A stretch of DNA of 64,000 bases from Candidatus Limnocylindrus sp. (GTDB lineage: Bacteria > Chloroflexota > Limnocylindria > Limnocylindrales > Limnocylindraceae): contig JBBAWM010000003.1 in NCBI GenBank assembly GCA_040397175.1, positions 159,255 to 223,254 of the forward strand, given 5' to 3'. Position 1 is the stretch's first letter. Each line of letters opens with the position of its first letter. The notes under the pieces are model-generated. The model saw only the letters and a program-made list of their open reading frames with translations, was not told the DNA's origin and searched no databases. Of the stretch, positions 27,344 to 39,299 are shown piece after piece. The translations under genes were made by a program, and so were the position numbers.

Positions 27344-28452
27344 GCCGCCAAACAGTGAAGGTGATTGCGCTCCTCGGCTTTGCGCTGCTCCTTGTCGCTG
27401 CGTGCACCAGCCCAATCCCGCATTCGGACCTGAAGCCTGCGACCCCGGGCGCCGATCCATTTAGCTTGCTGGCCTGGCTCTTTACGCCAATCTTCCAAGC
27501 GCTCTTCGTCGGCCTTGTCCTGCTCGATCGACTTACTGGTGATATCGGTATCTCAATCCTTATCTTGACACTCGTCATTCGTGTGATCCTAATCTCGCCA
27601 TATCGCAAGCAGCTGGTCTCGCAGAAGCGCACCCAACTGCTCGCGCCAGAGGTGGCAGAGATTCAGCGTCGCTACAAGGGCGATAAGGTCAAGATCCAAC
27701 AGGCCCAGATGGAGCTCTACAAGTCGCGAGGCGTGAGCCCATTCGGCGGCTGTCTGCCAACGCTGTTGCAGTTCATCGTGTTGATTCCGATGTACACGGT
27801 GATCTCGAGCGGACTTACGAACCCAAACCCAACGGCAATGCTCAACGTCTTCGGCTTTGACATCGGCAAGGCGATTGGCCTGGTGTGTGCAAACGGGGCA
27901 CCCGCAGCGGGCTTCAACAAAATGGAGGCGTGCATTAGGTCGACGGTGCCATGGCTCGGCGGCCTCGATGCCTCGAAGCCTTCCGTCATTGTGATTGCAG
28001 GCTTCGGCCTCTCAATCCTTGCGGTCATCAGTGCGCTGCTACAGGTCATTCAGACACGCATGACGATCAATCCGAAGGCACCAAAGAACGACACGACCGC
28101 AGGGGCACAGGGGCAGACCCTGGTCTTCCTGCCACTCATTTCGGTACTGTACGGCGGGATTCTTCCCGCCGGCCTGTTCATCTACTGGATCTCGTCCACG
28201 CTGTTCTCGATCGTTCAGCAGTACTTGATCCTCGGCTTCGGTGGGCTCTTCCCGCTCTTCGGCTGGACGCCCGCCTTTGCCGTTAACCATGCCCCGCGCT
28301 TCCCAGTCGCGATGCCGGAATCGGTTCCGGATGTTGCTGGGGAAGCGGTGGTTCCACACGAGCGAACGGAGCTCGACCGAGCCGCATCAGCGGCCGCCAC
28401 GATCCGTTCGGCAAAGAAGCGCGACCGACATGGTCGACGAGGGAGTAAGTGA
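27340..28452 (+). CDS. yidC: YidC/Oxa1 membrane insertase with a lipoprotein-type N-terminus
   Basis: LVAAC lipobox-like motif; GISILILTLVIR, GGCLPTLLQ and PAGLFIYW..QQ motifs. Confidence 0.95.
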   Translation: MSRQTVKVIALLGFALLLVAACTSPIPHSDLKPATPGADPFSLLAWLFTPIFQALFVGLVLLDRLTGDIGISILILTLVIRVILISPYRKQLVSQKRTQLLAPEVAEIQRRYKGDKVKIQQAQMELYKSRGVSPFGGCLPTLLQFIVLIPMYTVISSGLTNPNPTAMLNVFGFDIGKAIGLVCANGAPAAGFNKMEACIRSTVPWLGGLDASKPSVIVIAGFGLSILAVISALLQVIQTRMTINPKAPKNDTTAGAQGQTLVFLPLISVLYGGILPAGLFIYWISSTLFSIVQQYLILGFGGLFPLFGWTPAFAVNHAPRFPVAMPESVPDVAGEAVVPHERTELDRAASAAATIRSAKKRDRHGRRGSK

Positions 28453-29360
28453 TGGCGAACGAGGGCGCATACCAGGAGTTCACCGGCAAGAGCGTTGAAG
28501 AGGCACTGAAGGGTGCTTGCGATGCGTTCAAGGTTGGCATCGGCGATCTCGACTTCGAGATCATCGCCCCAGGTTCACGTGGCGTACTCGGCATGGGTGC
28601 AGAGCCTGCCCGCATCGTTGCTGCGCCAATCAGCGCACTCGGCGGCGCCGCTCCGAAGCGTGCCGGCGAGTCAAGCCGCCCAGCACCAACACCAGCGCCC
28701 GTTCGCGAAGAGCGAGCGCCGCGCCCAGCGCCACGAAACGACGCACCAGTAGCGCGAGCCGCTGCGCCACAGGCTGCAGGGCGTCCAGCGCCACGTGGCG
28801 ATCGTGGGCCACGACCTGAGCGTGCACCGCGCCCGGAGCGCGCGCCACGTGAGGATCGCGAGCCACGAGAGCGACGCGAGCGCAGCGAGACAACGCCAGA
28901 GATGATCAGCGGCGGCAAGGAGATCCTTGAGACGCTGGTGAAGCACCTCGGCTTTGAGGCTGAAGTCCGCGTCACCGGAGCAGGCGCTGACACCGTGTTG
29001 AACGTTGCCGGCACCTCACCAGAGGCGGTCGACGAGCTGAACAGCTTGATCGGCGGTCGCGGAGAGCGACTGCAGGCGATCCAGCATCTCGTGAACCTGA
29101 TGCTCAGCCGCAAGATGGGCGAGTGGGCACGTGTCACCGTGGACATCGAGGAGTATCGAGGCCGACGTGAGGCACAGCTCCGCGCACTTGCGCGAAAGGC
29201 TGCAGACCGCGTCAAGGAGACCGGCCGCGCTGTTCAGCTTGAGCCAATGACAGCGCTAGAGCGCCGCTGGATTCACGTTGAGCTTCAGGAGATGGACGGT
29301 ATCGCGACCGAGTCTGCTGGTGAAGAGCCAGAGCGCCGCGTGGTCGTGATCCCGGCGTAA
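28452..29360 (+). CDS. jag: Jag/KhpB (EloR) RNA-binding protein
   Basis: Jag_N GKSVEEAL; KH LIGGRGERLQAIQ; R3H LEPMTALERRWIH; Arg/Pro/Glu-rich linker. Confidence 0.94.
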   Translation: MANEGAYQEFTGKSVEEALKGACDAFKVGIGDLDFEIIAPGSRGVLGMGAEPARIVAAPISALGGAAPKRAGESSRPAPTPAPVREERAPRPAPRNDAPVARAAAPQAAGRPAPRGDRGPRPERAPRPERAPREDREPRERRERSETTPEMISGGKEILETLVKHLGFEAEVRVTGAGADTVLNVAGTSPEAVDELNSLIGGRGERLQAIQHLVNLMLSRKMGEWARVTVDIEEYRGRREAQLRALARKAADRVKETGRAVQLEPMTALERRWIHVELQEMDGIATESAGEEPERRVVVIPA

Positions 29361-29376
29361 CTCGGGAGGGGCCACC

Positions 29377-29931
29377 ATGCCGACAAAAGATCCAAAACGG
29401 GAGGCGCACTTCCCTGCAATCGAGAAGCGCTACGGCGAACCGATGAAGCACTGGTTCGCAGTAATGAAGACCGTTGCAGGGAAGCGCTACCCGGAACAGA
29501 TCGCTCACCTGCGCGAGAACTACGGATTCTCCCAGGCGCACGCCAATGCCCTCGTGCTCTTCTCGCGCGGCTCTCTCTCTTCACAACGGCATGCAACGCC
29601 GGCCGACTACTTTAAGAGCATTGATTCGCAGCAGGCGCGCACGATGCGCGCGATCTTCAAGGTGGTGCGCACGAAATACCCAGAGCTGGAGTTCGTGATC
29701 GCGTACAACCAACCGATGCTGCGCAAGGGAACGCAGTATGTGCTCGGCGCGTCGGCACTAAAGAAGTACCTCCTAATCAACCCATTCAGCAAGTCGGTCA
29801 TCGATTCCTTCGCCCCGAAGATGAAGGAACTCCGCGTGTTGAAGCACTCAATCACGATCCCCAACGACTGGGAAATCGACGAGCAGCTGCTGCTCGCGAT
29901 GGCGAAGGCGCGCATTGCGGAGATTGCATAG
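29377..29931 (+). CDS. DUF4287 plus DUF1801(YdhG)-like fusion protein
   Basis: HFPAIEKRYGEPMKHW..LRENYGFSQAHANALV, followed by IAYNQPM..IPNDWEIDEQLL; GGAGG RBS. Confidence 0.7.
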   Translation: MPTKDPKREAHFPAIEKRYGEPMKHWFAVMKTVAGKRYPEQIAHLRENYGFSQAHANALVLFSRGSLSSQRHATPADYFKSIDSQQARTMRAIFKVVRTKYPELEFVIAYNQPMLRKGTQYVLGASALKKYLLINPFSKSVIDSFAPKMKELRVLKHSITIPNDWEIDEQLLLAMAKARIAEIA

Positions 29932-29960
29932 CGCGCGCCGACGGCGCGACGGGTGAGAAT

Positions 29961-30336
29961 TGGTGGAGATGGAGGAGAGTCGAACTCCTCGTCCGAAAAG
30001 CCTTCCTTGAGACCACTACGAGCGTGTCCTGCGGTTTAGTCTAAGTTGAGGCGCTCCCACAGGCCGGATCGACCCTCAACCGAGATACATGTCCCTAAAT
30101 CGGGCTTATGCGATGACTATGCGTCGCTCGTCATCACTGCAGCTTCGCTTTATGACGCTTCCACGACCCGCGAAGCGGGGGCCGCTTCCACGCTCACCGT
30201 ACTGCCTTAGGCAGCGAGGGCGAGAGCAGGCTGGCGATTGCCAGTTACTTCTTTTTGCTACCGGTTTAACGAGGCCTGATAGCAACCTCGACTCGCGTTC
30301 CCAAGGTGCGGATCTCCGTCGAAACCACGCATCCCC
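29961..30336 (-). ncRNA. ssrA: tmRNA with tag peptide (A)GNRQPALALAA*
   Basis: 5' GGGGATG pairs with 3' CATCTCC-ACCA; T-arm GAGGAG-TTCGACT-CTCCTC; tag ORF at 30242-30207; adjacent to smpB; TATCAT -10 at 30351-30346. Confidence 0.95.
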
Positions 30337-30386
30337 AAGGGGGGAATGATACCGCGCGCGGATTGCGATTACTAGTGCGCGGAAGG

Positions 30387-30905
30387 CTACTCGCCGCGCT
30401 TCCAGTCGCCGAGCTGGCGCTCTGCCTCGCGGCGACCCTCGCGATCAGCAATTGCCGCACGCTTATCGAAGGCTTTCTTCCCGCGACCGAGGCCGATTTC
30501 AACCTTGCAGCGACCGCGCGAGAGGTAGAGGCGCAGCGGGATCAGCGTGAGCCCCTTCGTCTTCACCTTGGTGCCAATGGCGATGATCTCGGACTTATGG
30601 AGCAAGAGGCGCCGCACCCGCTTCGGCTCGTGGTTCTGGCTTGCGGCACCGGGCCACTCGGCAATATGCATGCCGATCAGTCGACCCTCGCCCGCCTCGA
30701 GGCGCACGTAGGCATCGCCAATGTCGGCCTTGCCGGCGCGAATCGACTTGATCTCGGTCCCCGAGAGCACGACCCCCGCCTCGTAGTGCTCGACGATCTC
30801 GTACTCGTATGAGGCCTTGCGGTTTGAGGCGAGCGTGGTCCCCGAGGGGGGCGCCTTCGGCTTTGGGGCAGGGGAGGACGCCGTCTTGATGGGAGCCTTA
30901 GCCAT
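30387..30905 (-). CDS. smpB: SsrA-binding protein
   Basis: NRKASYEY..EAGVVLSGTEIKSIR, RRLLLHKSEI and GKKAFDKR motifs. Confidence 0.97.
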   Translation of the reverse strand: MAKAPIKTASSPAPKPKAPPSGTTLASNRKASYEYEIVEHYEAGVVLSGTEIKSIRAGKADIGDAYVRLEAGEGRLIGMHIAEWPGAASQNHEPKRVRRLLLHKSEIIAIGTKVKTKGLTLIPLRLYLSRGRCKVEIGLGRGKKAFDKRAAIADREGRREAERQLGDWKRGE

Positions 30906-31010
30906 TGCGGTACCTCCTCTCGAACAGGGTTGCCCTTCAGGGGCGTATCTGTAGGGTACGCGCCAACCGTGGGCAGGTGTATGTGCGGGGCGATGGAAGG
31001 GGGAGACGAG

Positions 31011-31038
31011 AGAGCCCCGGCCCGAAGGCCAGGGCTCT
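31011..31038 (-). terminator. Strong GC hairpin with cUUCGg loop (terminator or processing/stability element)
   Basis: AGAGCCCTGGCC-TTCG-GGCCGGGGCTCT, followed by a pyrimidine-rich tract but no U-run. Confidence 0.55.
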
Positions 31039-31067
31039 GCTCACTTATTACCGCTCTCGCGGGTCAA

Positions 31068-31115
31068 CTATGCGTTGACCTCGTGAGAGGCGGCGGTACA
31101 ACTGTCATTAGACAC
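31068..31115 (-). CDS. Putative 15-aa small ORF MSNDSCTAASHEVNA
   Basis: GTG start 7 nt after a 10-nt SD (AAAGGAGGTG, 31132-31123); has its own promoter; the stop codon sits at the loop of a long hairpin. Confidence 0.6.
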   Translation of the reverse strand: MSNDSCTAASHEVNA

Positions 31116-31144
31116 TGCACACCACCTCCTTTCGTCTGCGGCGA

Positions 31145-31173
31145 AGGATACGCCCCCGTACGCCTAGGTGCAA
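31145..31173 (-). promoter_or_regulatory. sigma70 promoter for the small transcript upstream of smpB
   Basis: TTGCAC-N17-TATCCT. Confidence 0.7.
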
Positions 31174-31191
31174 GTACCGCGCGGTGAGCGG

Positions 31192-32406
31192 CTACTTGAA
31201 GGAGCCGAGCGCCGCGTCGAGCACCGGGTCGGCCGTCGAGCCCTCGGGGGCGGCGGCAACCGCTAGGTCTGGCGTCAAGCCGATCTTATGGATCCAGCGC
31301 CCGTTTGGGCTAAGCCACTTGGCGATGGTCAGCTTCAGGCCCGAGCCATCACTCAGGTTAATGAACGTCTGAACGACACCTTTCCCGAAGCTGGTCTCAC
31401 CAACCAGCTTCGCCCGGCCGCGGTCTTGTAGGGCGGCGGCGAGAATTTCACTGGCCGACGCGCTCCCCTTATTGATCAGCACGACAAGCTGAATTGAGGC
31501 ATCGGTGGCGATCCCGCCCGCTTGCGCCGACGTGCTCTCACGAACGCCCTTGCTGTTCTCTTCGATGTAGACGACGCCATCGCCGATGAACTCACTCGCA
31601 ATCGAGAGCGCAGTAGAGAGATACCCACCCGGGTCATTGCGGAGGTCGAGCACAATCTTGTTTCCACCGGCATCGACGATCTTCTGCAGCGCGTCATGGA
31701 ATTGCCCGGCGGCGATGTCTGTAAATTCATTGAGCGCAATGTAGTCAACACGATCTCCGGCAGCCGTCTGCAACTGCTTGGTGGTTACCGATGGCAGCTC
31801 AATCTTTGCCCGAACGATGGAAACATCGCGTGGCGCTGCGGTACCCGTGCGAACGGTGATCACAACGGTCGTGCCTTCCGCGCCGCGCACCTTGAGCACC
31901 GCTTGATCAACGGAGAGGCCGGTCAACGCATCGCCATCAATGGCGAGAAACGTATCGCCACGCAGGATTCCTGCGGCGCGTGCAGGGGCACCCTCGATGG
32001 TGTTCGCAACGGTGAGGAGGCACGCACTGCTGATCGCCGTGCAGAGTTCGGCCGTAGGTGTGCGCAAGTCGATGACGGCGCCAATGCCGGTAAAGCTCCC
32101 CGAGAGGCCCTCTTTCATCGCGGCCATCTCTTCGGCGGTGAGGTATTGCGAGTACGGATCATTGAGTGAGCTGACGAGCCCCTTGATGGCCCCATTGACG
32201 AGATCGTCGTTGGTCTCCGTCCCTACGTGCTGCTCTTGGATAAGGGTGAGCACCTCATTGAAACGTGCGAGATCAAGCGTGCTGCTCCCTTGCGGTGTCG
32301 TACTGGCACGCAGTCCAGCGTTATACGCGGCTACCGCAATGACGACGGCGAGAAGGAGGCGTCCAGCTCGCGTGAGGAGCGGCGTTCCCGTTGGTGTGAG
32401 GCTCAT
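31192..32406 (-). CDS. ctpA: S41 family C-terminal processing peptidase with PDZ domain
   Basis: LNDPYSQY, GIGA, LDLRNDPGG, SASASEI, GETSFGKG and LKLTIAKW motifs. Start MSLTPT with AAGGAG RBS. Confidence 0.93.
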   Translation of the reverse strand: MSLTPTGTPLLTRAGRLLLAVVIAVAAYNAGLRASTTPQGSSTLDLARFNEVLTLIQEQHVGTETNDDLVNGAIKGLVSSLNDPYSQYLTAEEMAAMKEGLSGSFTGIGAVIDLRTPTAELCTAISSACLLTVANTIEGAPARAAGILRGDTFLAIDGDALTGLSVDQAVLKVRGAEGTTVVITVRTGTAAPRDVSIVRAKIELPSVTTKQLQTAAGDRVDYIALNEFTDIAAGQFHDALQKIVDAGGNKIVLDLRNDPGGYLSTALSIASEFIGDGVVYIEENSKGVRESTSAQAGGIATDASIQLVVLINKGSASASEILAAALQDRGRAKLVGETSFGKGVVQTFINLSDGSGLKLTIAKWLSPNGRWIHKIGLTPDLAVAAAPEGSTADPVLDAALGSFK

Positions 32407-32434
32407 GGTGATGCTCCTTCGCTGCGTGAGGCGA

Positions 32435-33358
32435 CTAGTCCAGTCGCCCTCGCAGAGAGAGTAGCGCCCCGAGCGCCCCAAGGCCCAGCCCGGCGGCGAG
32501 CACCGAGAGCGAGACCTGCCCGGCGAGGATCGCCGACGTTTGCACTGGGAGGACACGGAAGAGGTTCAGCATGACGGCACCAATGCTGGCACCCAAGATG
32601 CCAAAGATAAAGAGGGTGATGAGCGCCCCGATGGCACCAATCGCTAGCCCCTCGAGAATGAAGGGGAGGCGCACCCAGGTCGCGCTGGCACCCACGATGC
32701 GCATGACGGCGATCTCGTCACTTCGCGCCAGGATGGCGAGTCGGATGGCGTTGACGACCACGGCGAGCACCGCAAGCGAGAAGCCGATCACGATGATCAG
32801 TCCAACGATGCGCAGCGCACCCGTGATCGCCACGAGGTTCTCTGCGAGCGCGCGCCCATCGATGATGCGGCTGAACGAGGAGGCGGCTGTGATGGAAGCG
32901 AGGCCGTCCGCCACCCGTCCTGTGTCTGCGGGGTCATCGAGGGCAATCTCGTAGCTCGCTGGAAGGGGGTTCACGCCAAGGTTCCCCGTGAGGTCGGGCT
33001 CGCCGCGCTCCCTCAGCCGTACCTTAAAAGCAGCGAGCGCCTCGTCCGCACTCACATAGGTCGCCCCCTTCACCCCATCAATCGCCTCAATCTGTACCTG
33101 GATCGAGCGAGCCGCACTCTCGGTGACGGAGCTTTTTAGATAGGCGACAACCTCAACTTTTGAATCGGCATAGGAGAGCGCCGCATCAAGGCCCGCTCGA
33201 ATAACGAGCACCGAGGCGAGCACCATGAGCATGAGCGTCATCGTTGTTGTGGCAGCAATGGTTGCGAGTCGATTACGAGAGAGCCCATTCGCTGCCGCCG
33301 AGATGCTTAGGCGAATCAGACGCCGGCGATGTGGATGACTATCGTACTGCGCGCTCAT
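32435..33358 (-). CDS. ftsX: Cell division permease FtsX
   Basis: NPLPASYEI and NAIRLAILARSDEIAVMRIVGAS..RLPFILEG motifs. Confidence 0.93.
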   Translation of the reverse strand: MSAQYDSHPHRRRLIRLSISAAANGLSRNRLATIAATTTMTLMLMVLASVLVIRAGLDAALSYADSKVEVVAYLKSSVTESAARSIQVQIEAIDGVKGATYVSADEALAAFKVRLRERGEPDLTGNLGVNPLPASYEIALDDPADTGRVADGLASITAASSFSRIIDGRALAENLVAITGALRIVGLIIVIGFSLAVLAVVVNAIRLAILARSDEIAVMRIVGASATWVRLPFILEGLAIGAIGALITLFIFGILGASIGAVMLNLFRVLPVQTSAILAGQVSLSVLAAGLGLGALGALLSLRGRLD

Positions 33359-34083
33359 CAGCCGACCCGGTGGTATGTGGCGTTTGCTTCGTCGCGAATA
33401 AGGCGTCCACCCTCGAGGCCGATCACGCGGCGACGCAGTGTGGTGACGATGTCAGAGTCGTGCGTTGCCACGAGCACCGTTACCCCCAGTCGATTGATAT
33501 CCATGAGTAGCTCCATGATCTCCCAGCTGATCAGCGGATCGAGGTTCCCCGTTGGCTCATCGGCAATGAGCAGCTCAGGTTCACCAACGATAGCCCGCGC
33601 GATTGCGGTGCGCTGCTGTTCGCCACCAGAAAGTTCGGACGGGTAGCGATCGGCAAGTCGTGCCAAGCCAACAATCCGCAACGCGCGATCCGTCGCGGCT
33701 GCAACGAGCTCTGGCGCGGAGCCCGTGACCTCGAGGGCGAAGGCAACGTTTTCACGAACGGTTCGTCGCGGCAAGAGGCGGAAATCTTGGAAGATGACGC
33801 CGATCCGACGACGGAGCTTTGGCACGTCACCGCCAGAAAGGCGATGGACCGGAAAGCCCGCGACATACACCTCACCTGCGGTTGGACGCACGTCGCGAAC
33901 AAGGAGCCCAATCAACGTGGATTTTCCTGCGCCTGAAGGACCAACGAGAAAGGCAAATTCGCCACGCTCGATTTTGAGGTTGACGTCACCCAGGGCGATG
34001 TGGCCACTTGGGTACGTCACAGAGATTCCCTGCAGATTGACGACTGCGGGCTCAGTTTCAGCGTGGCTCATGCCGCTACTCAT
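33358..34083 (-). CDS. ftsE: Cell division ATP-binding protein FtsE
   Basis: GPSGAGKST, FQDFRLL, LSGGEQQR and ADEPTGNLD motifs. Confidence 0.95.
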   Translation of the reverse strand: MSSGMSHAETEPAVVNLQGISVTYPSGHIALGDVNLKIERGEFAFLVGPSGAGKSTLIGLLVRDVRPTAGEVYVAGFPVHRLSGGDVPKLRRRIGVIFQDFRLLPRRTVRENVAFALEVTGSAPELVAAATDRALRIVGLARLADRYPSELSGGEQQRTAIARAIVGEPELLIADEPTGNLDPLISWEIMELLMDINRLGVTVLVATHDSDIVTTLRRRVIGLEGGRLIRDEANATYHRVG

Positions 34084-34092
34084 CGGTTGATC

Positions 34093-35224
34093 CTACTCCT
34101 CATCCACGGTGCCGCCAGCGAGCGGTGCCCCGGTAGAGACACGTTCAAGTTCTGCAAGGATAAACGGATCAAAGTCACCGTCGAGAACGCCAACGGTGTC
34201 GGAGGTTTGCTGCCCCGTGCGGTGATCCTTGACCATTTGATAGGGGTGCAACACGTAACTCCGAATCTGGTTCCCCCAGCCGGCGGAGATCGTTTCGCCA
34301 CGCACACGCGCCAATTCATCTTCGCGCGCGCGAATCTTGAGTTCGATGAGCTTACCGCGCAACATTCGTTCGGCTGTTTCGCGATTCTGCATTTGTGAAC
34401 GTTGATTCTGGCTCGATACGACAGAGTTTGTTGGCAGGTGAGTGAGTCGCACAGCAGACTCGGTCTTGTTCACATGTTGGCCGCCCGCGCCACTGGAGCG
34501 ATAGGTATCAACGCGAATCTCGTCCCAATTGAGCGTGACCTCGGCGTCATCTTCCACCTCTGGAATCACTTCAAACATCGCAAAGGTGGTTTGCCGCCGC
34601 TTCTGTCCGTCGAACGGTGAGATGCGTACCAAGCGATGCACTCCGCGTTCCGCACGTAACCAACCGAAGGCGTTGCGTCCACGAATCTCTAGGACGACGC
34701 TGCGGTAGCCGGCACCCTCACCCTCAGTGGAATCGACGATCTCGGTTGCGAAGCTGTGCCGCTCGGCCCAACGCATGTACGCGCGAAGGAGGATGGCGGT
34801 CCAGTCACACGCTTCGGTGCCACCGGCGCCGGCCTGAATGGTGACGATGGCGTCGGCATCGGCGTACTCGCCGCTAAAGAGGAGCGAGGTGCGGGCCTTC
34901 TCGAAGTCACTCTCGAGAAGTGCGGCCTTGGTTGCAACCTCGTCTTGGAGCCCTTGATCGCCTTCTGATTCGGCCAGCTCGAAGAGTTCACCGAGGTCGC
35001 GAGCAGCGACAGTGAGCTCCCTCCAGAGGGTGATCTCCTCACGTAACCCCTCTGCCTCGCGAGCGAGTTTTCGTGCAACCCGCTGGTCATCCCAGAAGCC
35101 TGGGGCGAGCATCGCCGCTTCGATCTCGGCCAGGCGCGCCGTTTTTGTTACAGGGTCAAAGACGCCCCGAGGTCGCCTCGATGCGGCCGAGGAGGTCTCG
35201 CAGGGAGGCGGCGTCGACGCTCAC
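34093..35224 (-). CDS. prfB: Peptide chain release factor 2 with programmed +1 frameshift after codon 22
   Basis: GTG start at 35224 gives MSVDAASLRDLLGRIEATSGRL, then CTT TGA C; the +1 frame continues DPVTKTARLAEIEAAMLAPGFW. SPF and GGQ motifs present. Confidence 0.96.
35155..35170 (-). promoter_or_regulatory. prfB +1 frameshift site
   Basis: TCGGGG-CGT-CTT-TGA-C: a weak internal SD, a 3-nt spacer and the canonical CTTTGAC. Confidence 0.92.
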
Positions 35225-35278
35225 CCTGCACCCTCACCCAGCCGAACCGCGGCACCCACGGGGGACTCGCTGCTCACG

Positions 35279-37987
<2,709 letters not shown>

Positions 37988-38000
37988 CGCCGGCGGAGGC

Positions 38001-38234
38001 CTAGCGCCAGAATCCGGCGGAGTATCCGATCACCAAGATGCCGAAGGTGAGCGCGGCGAGCACAACCCAGAAGAGGGCACTTACCGGCTTGCTGGTCGGA
38101 TTCATTTCAGGATTCTTCATTGGCGCGGCGTTCCATCGCGGGCTACGGAGAGATGCGCGCCAGTCCACGTTCTTCTCTGGAGCGCGCGCAACGATTGCGC
38201 CGCGCTCATCGGGGCGATGGAGCTTCAGTGTCAT
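38001..38234 (-). CDS. Small C-terminally anchored membrane protein
   Basis: ATGA overlap with the prs stop; one TM helix (ALFWVVLAALTFGILVIGY). Confidence 0.65.
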   Translation of the reverse strand: MTLKLHRPDERGAIVARAPEKNVDWRASLRSPRWNAAPMKNPEMNPTSKPVSALFWVVLAALTFGILVIGYSAGFWR

Positions 38235-39268
38235 CGTCGTGTCCGCTTCTCGCTCGATGGAACCGTTGAGACTGGCCCAGTCTGGTGTTCATCCCAGAAG
38301 AGCATCTCCTCAGCGGTCGCCGACTCCTTGCCGAAGAGGGCGCCGACCGATTCGCCAAGGTGAATGCGGCGGATGGCCTCGCCAAAGAGCGGCGCAGAGG
38401 AGAGGCGCTTGATCTTCGTGCTCTTTACGCCGATTGGTAGTGGGATCGAGTCTGTCACCACTACTTCGAGCACGTTGCAGTTCTCGATTCGCTCAATTGC
38501 CGGACCAGAGAAGACGCCGTGTGTTGCACACGCGGTGACCTCGATCGCGCCAGCTTCTTCGATCGCACGGACAATTTCGGTGAGGGTTCCCGCGGTATCG
38601 ATCTCGTCGTCGACGATGACAACGCGCTTCCCCTTCACGTCGCCGATGACGTTGAGTACCTCGGCCTCGTCGTTGTTTCCTTCGCGGCGCTTCTCTACGA
38701 TCGCGAGCGGCGCATTGAGCAGCTCGGCGAAAGTGCGTGCGCGCTTGGCAAAACCGAGGTCGGTGACAACCACGAGGTTTTCGGTGCCGCGCTGGCGCAT
38801 GTAGTTCGATAGCAGATGCACCGCGGTGAGTTCGTCGACCGGAACATTGAAGAAACCTTGCAGCTGACCCTGGTGCAGGTCAAGGGTGAGGATGCGGTTC
38901 GCGCCAGCAACCTGCAACATGTCGGCGACGAGTCGCGCCGTGATCGGTACGCGCGGCTGATCTTTCTTGTCGGAGCGACCGTAGCCATAGTACGGAATGA
39001 CGGCGGTGATGCGACCAGCCGAAGCGCGCTTGAATGCGTCGATCATGATGAGCAGCTCCATGATGGAGTTGCTGACCGGGCGCGACGTTGGCTGCACGAT
39101 GAAGACGTCTTTCTCGCGGGCGTTATCAAGAATCTTGACGAAGATGTTCTCGTTGGCGAAGGCGAAGACCTCGGCCTTGCCGATCTCGCGTCCGAGATAG
39201 CGAGCGATCTTGGCCGCAAGTTCGGGGTTGGCGTTCCCCGTGTAGACGTCGATCGAATCTGCCCTCAT
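38231..39268 (-). CDS. prs: Ribose-phosphate pyrophosphokinase
   Basis: PYYGYGRSDKK, DLHQGQLQGFF, VDDEIDTAGT and THGVFSG motifs. Confidence 0.97.
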   Translation of the reverse strand: MRADSIDVYTGNANPELAAKIARYLGREIGKAEVFAFANENIFVKILDNAREKDVFIVQPTSRPVSNSIMELLIMIDAFKRASAGRITAVIPYYGYGRSDKKDQPRVPITARLVADMLQVAGANRILTLDLHQGQLQGFFNVPVDELTAVHLLSNYMRQRGTENLVVVTDLGFAKRARTFAELLNAPLAIVEKRREGNNDEAEVLNVIGDVKGKRVVIVDDEIDTAGTLTEIVRAIEEAGAIEVTACATHGVFSGPAIERIENCNVLEVVVTDSIPLPIGVKSTKIKRLSSAPLFGEAIRRIHLGESVGALFGKESATAEEMLFWDEHQTGPVSTVPSSEKRTRR

Positions 39269-39299
39269 CGCCGTCCTCCGCTCTCTGGACGGGTCACTC

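Noticed and set aside
28790-28890. Repeated RPERAP / RE units in jag
   Set aside because: A low-complexity protein linker typical of Jag, not a DNA repeat array or CRISPR.
29932-29960. Possible prophage or island integrated at ssrA
   Set aside because: No integrase and no duplicated ssrA 3' end is visible in the window.
29961-30000. tRNA-like T-arm and CCA end on the minus strand
   Set aside because: It is the 3' tRNA-like domain of tmRNA. It pairs with GGGGATG at 30336, and there is no anticodon arm.
34093-35224. prfB as a frameshifted pseudogene
   Set aside because: The break is the canonical programmed CTT-TGA-C site.
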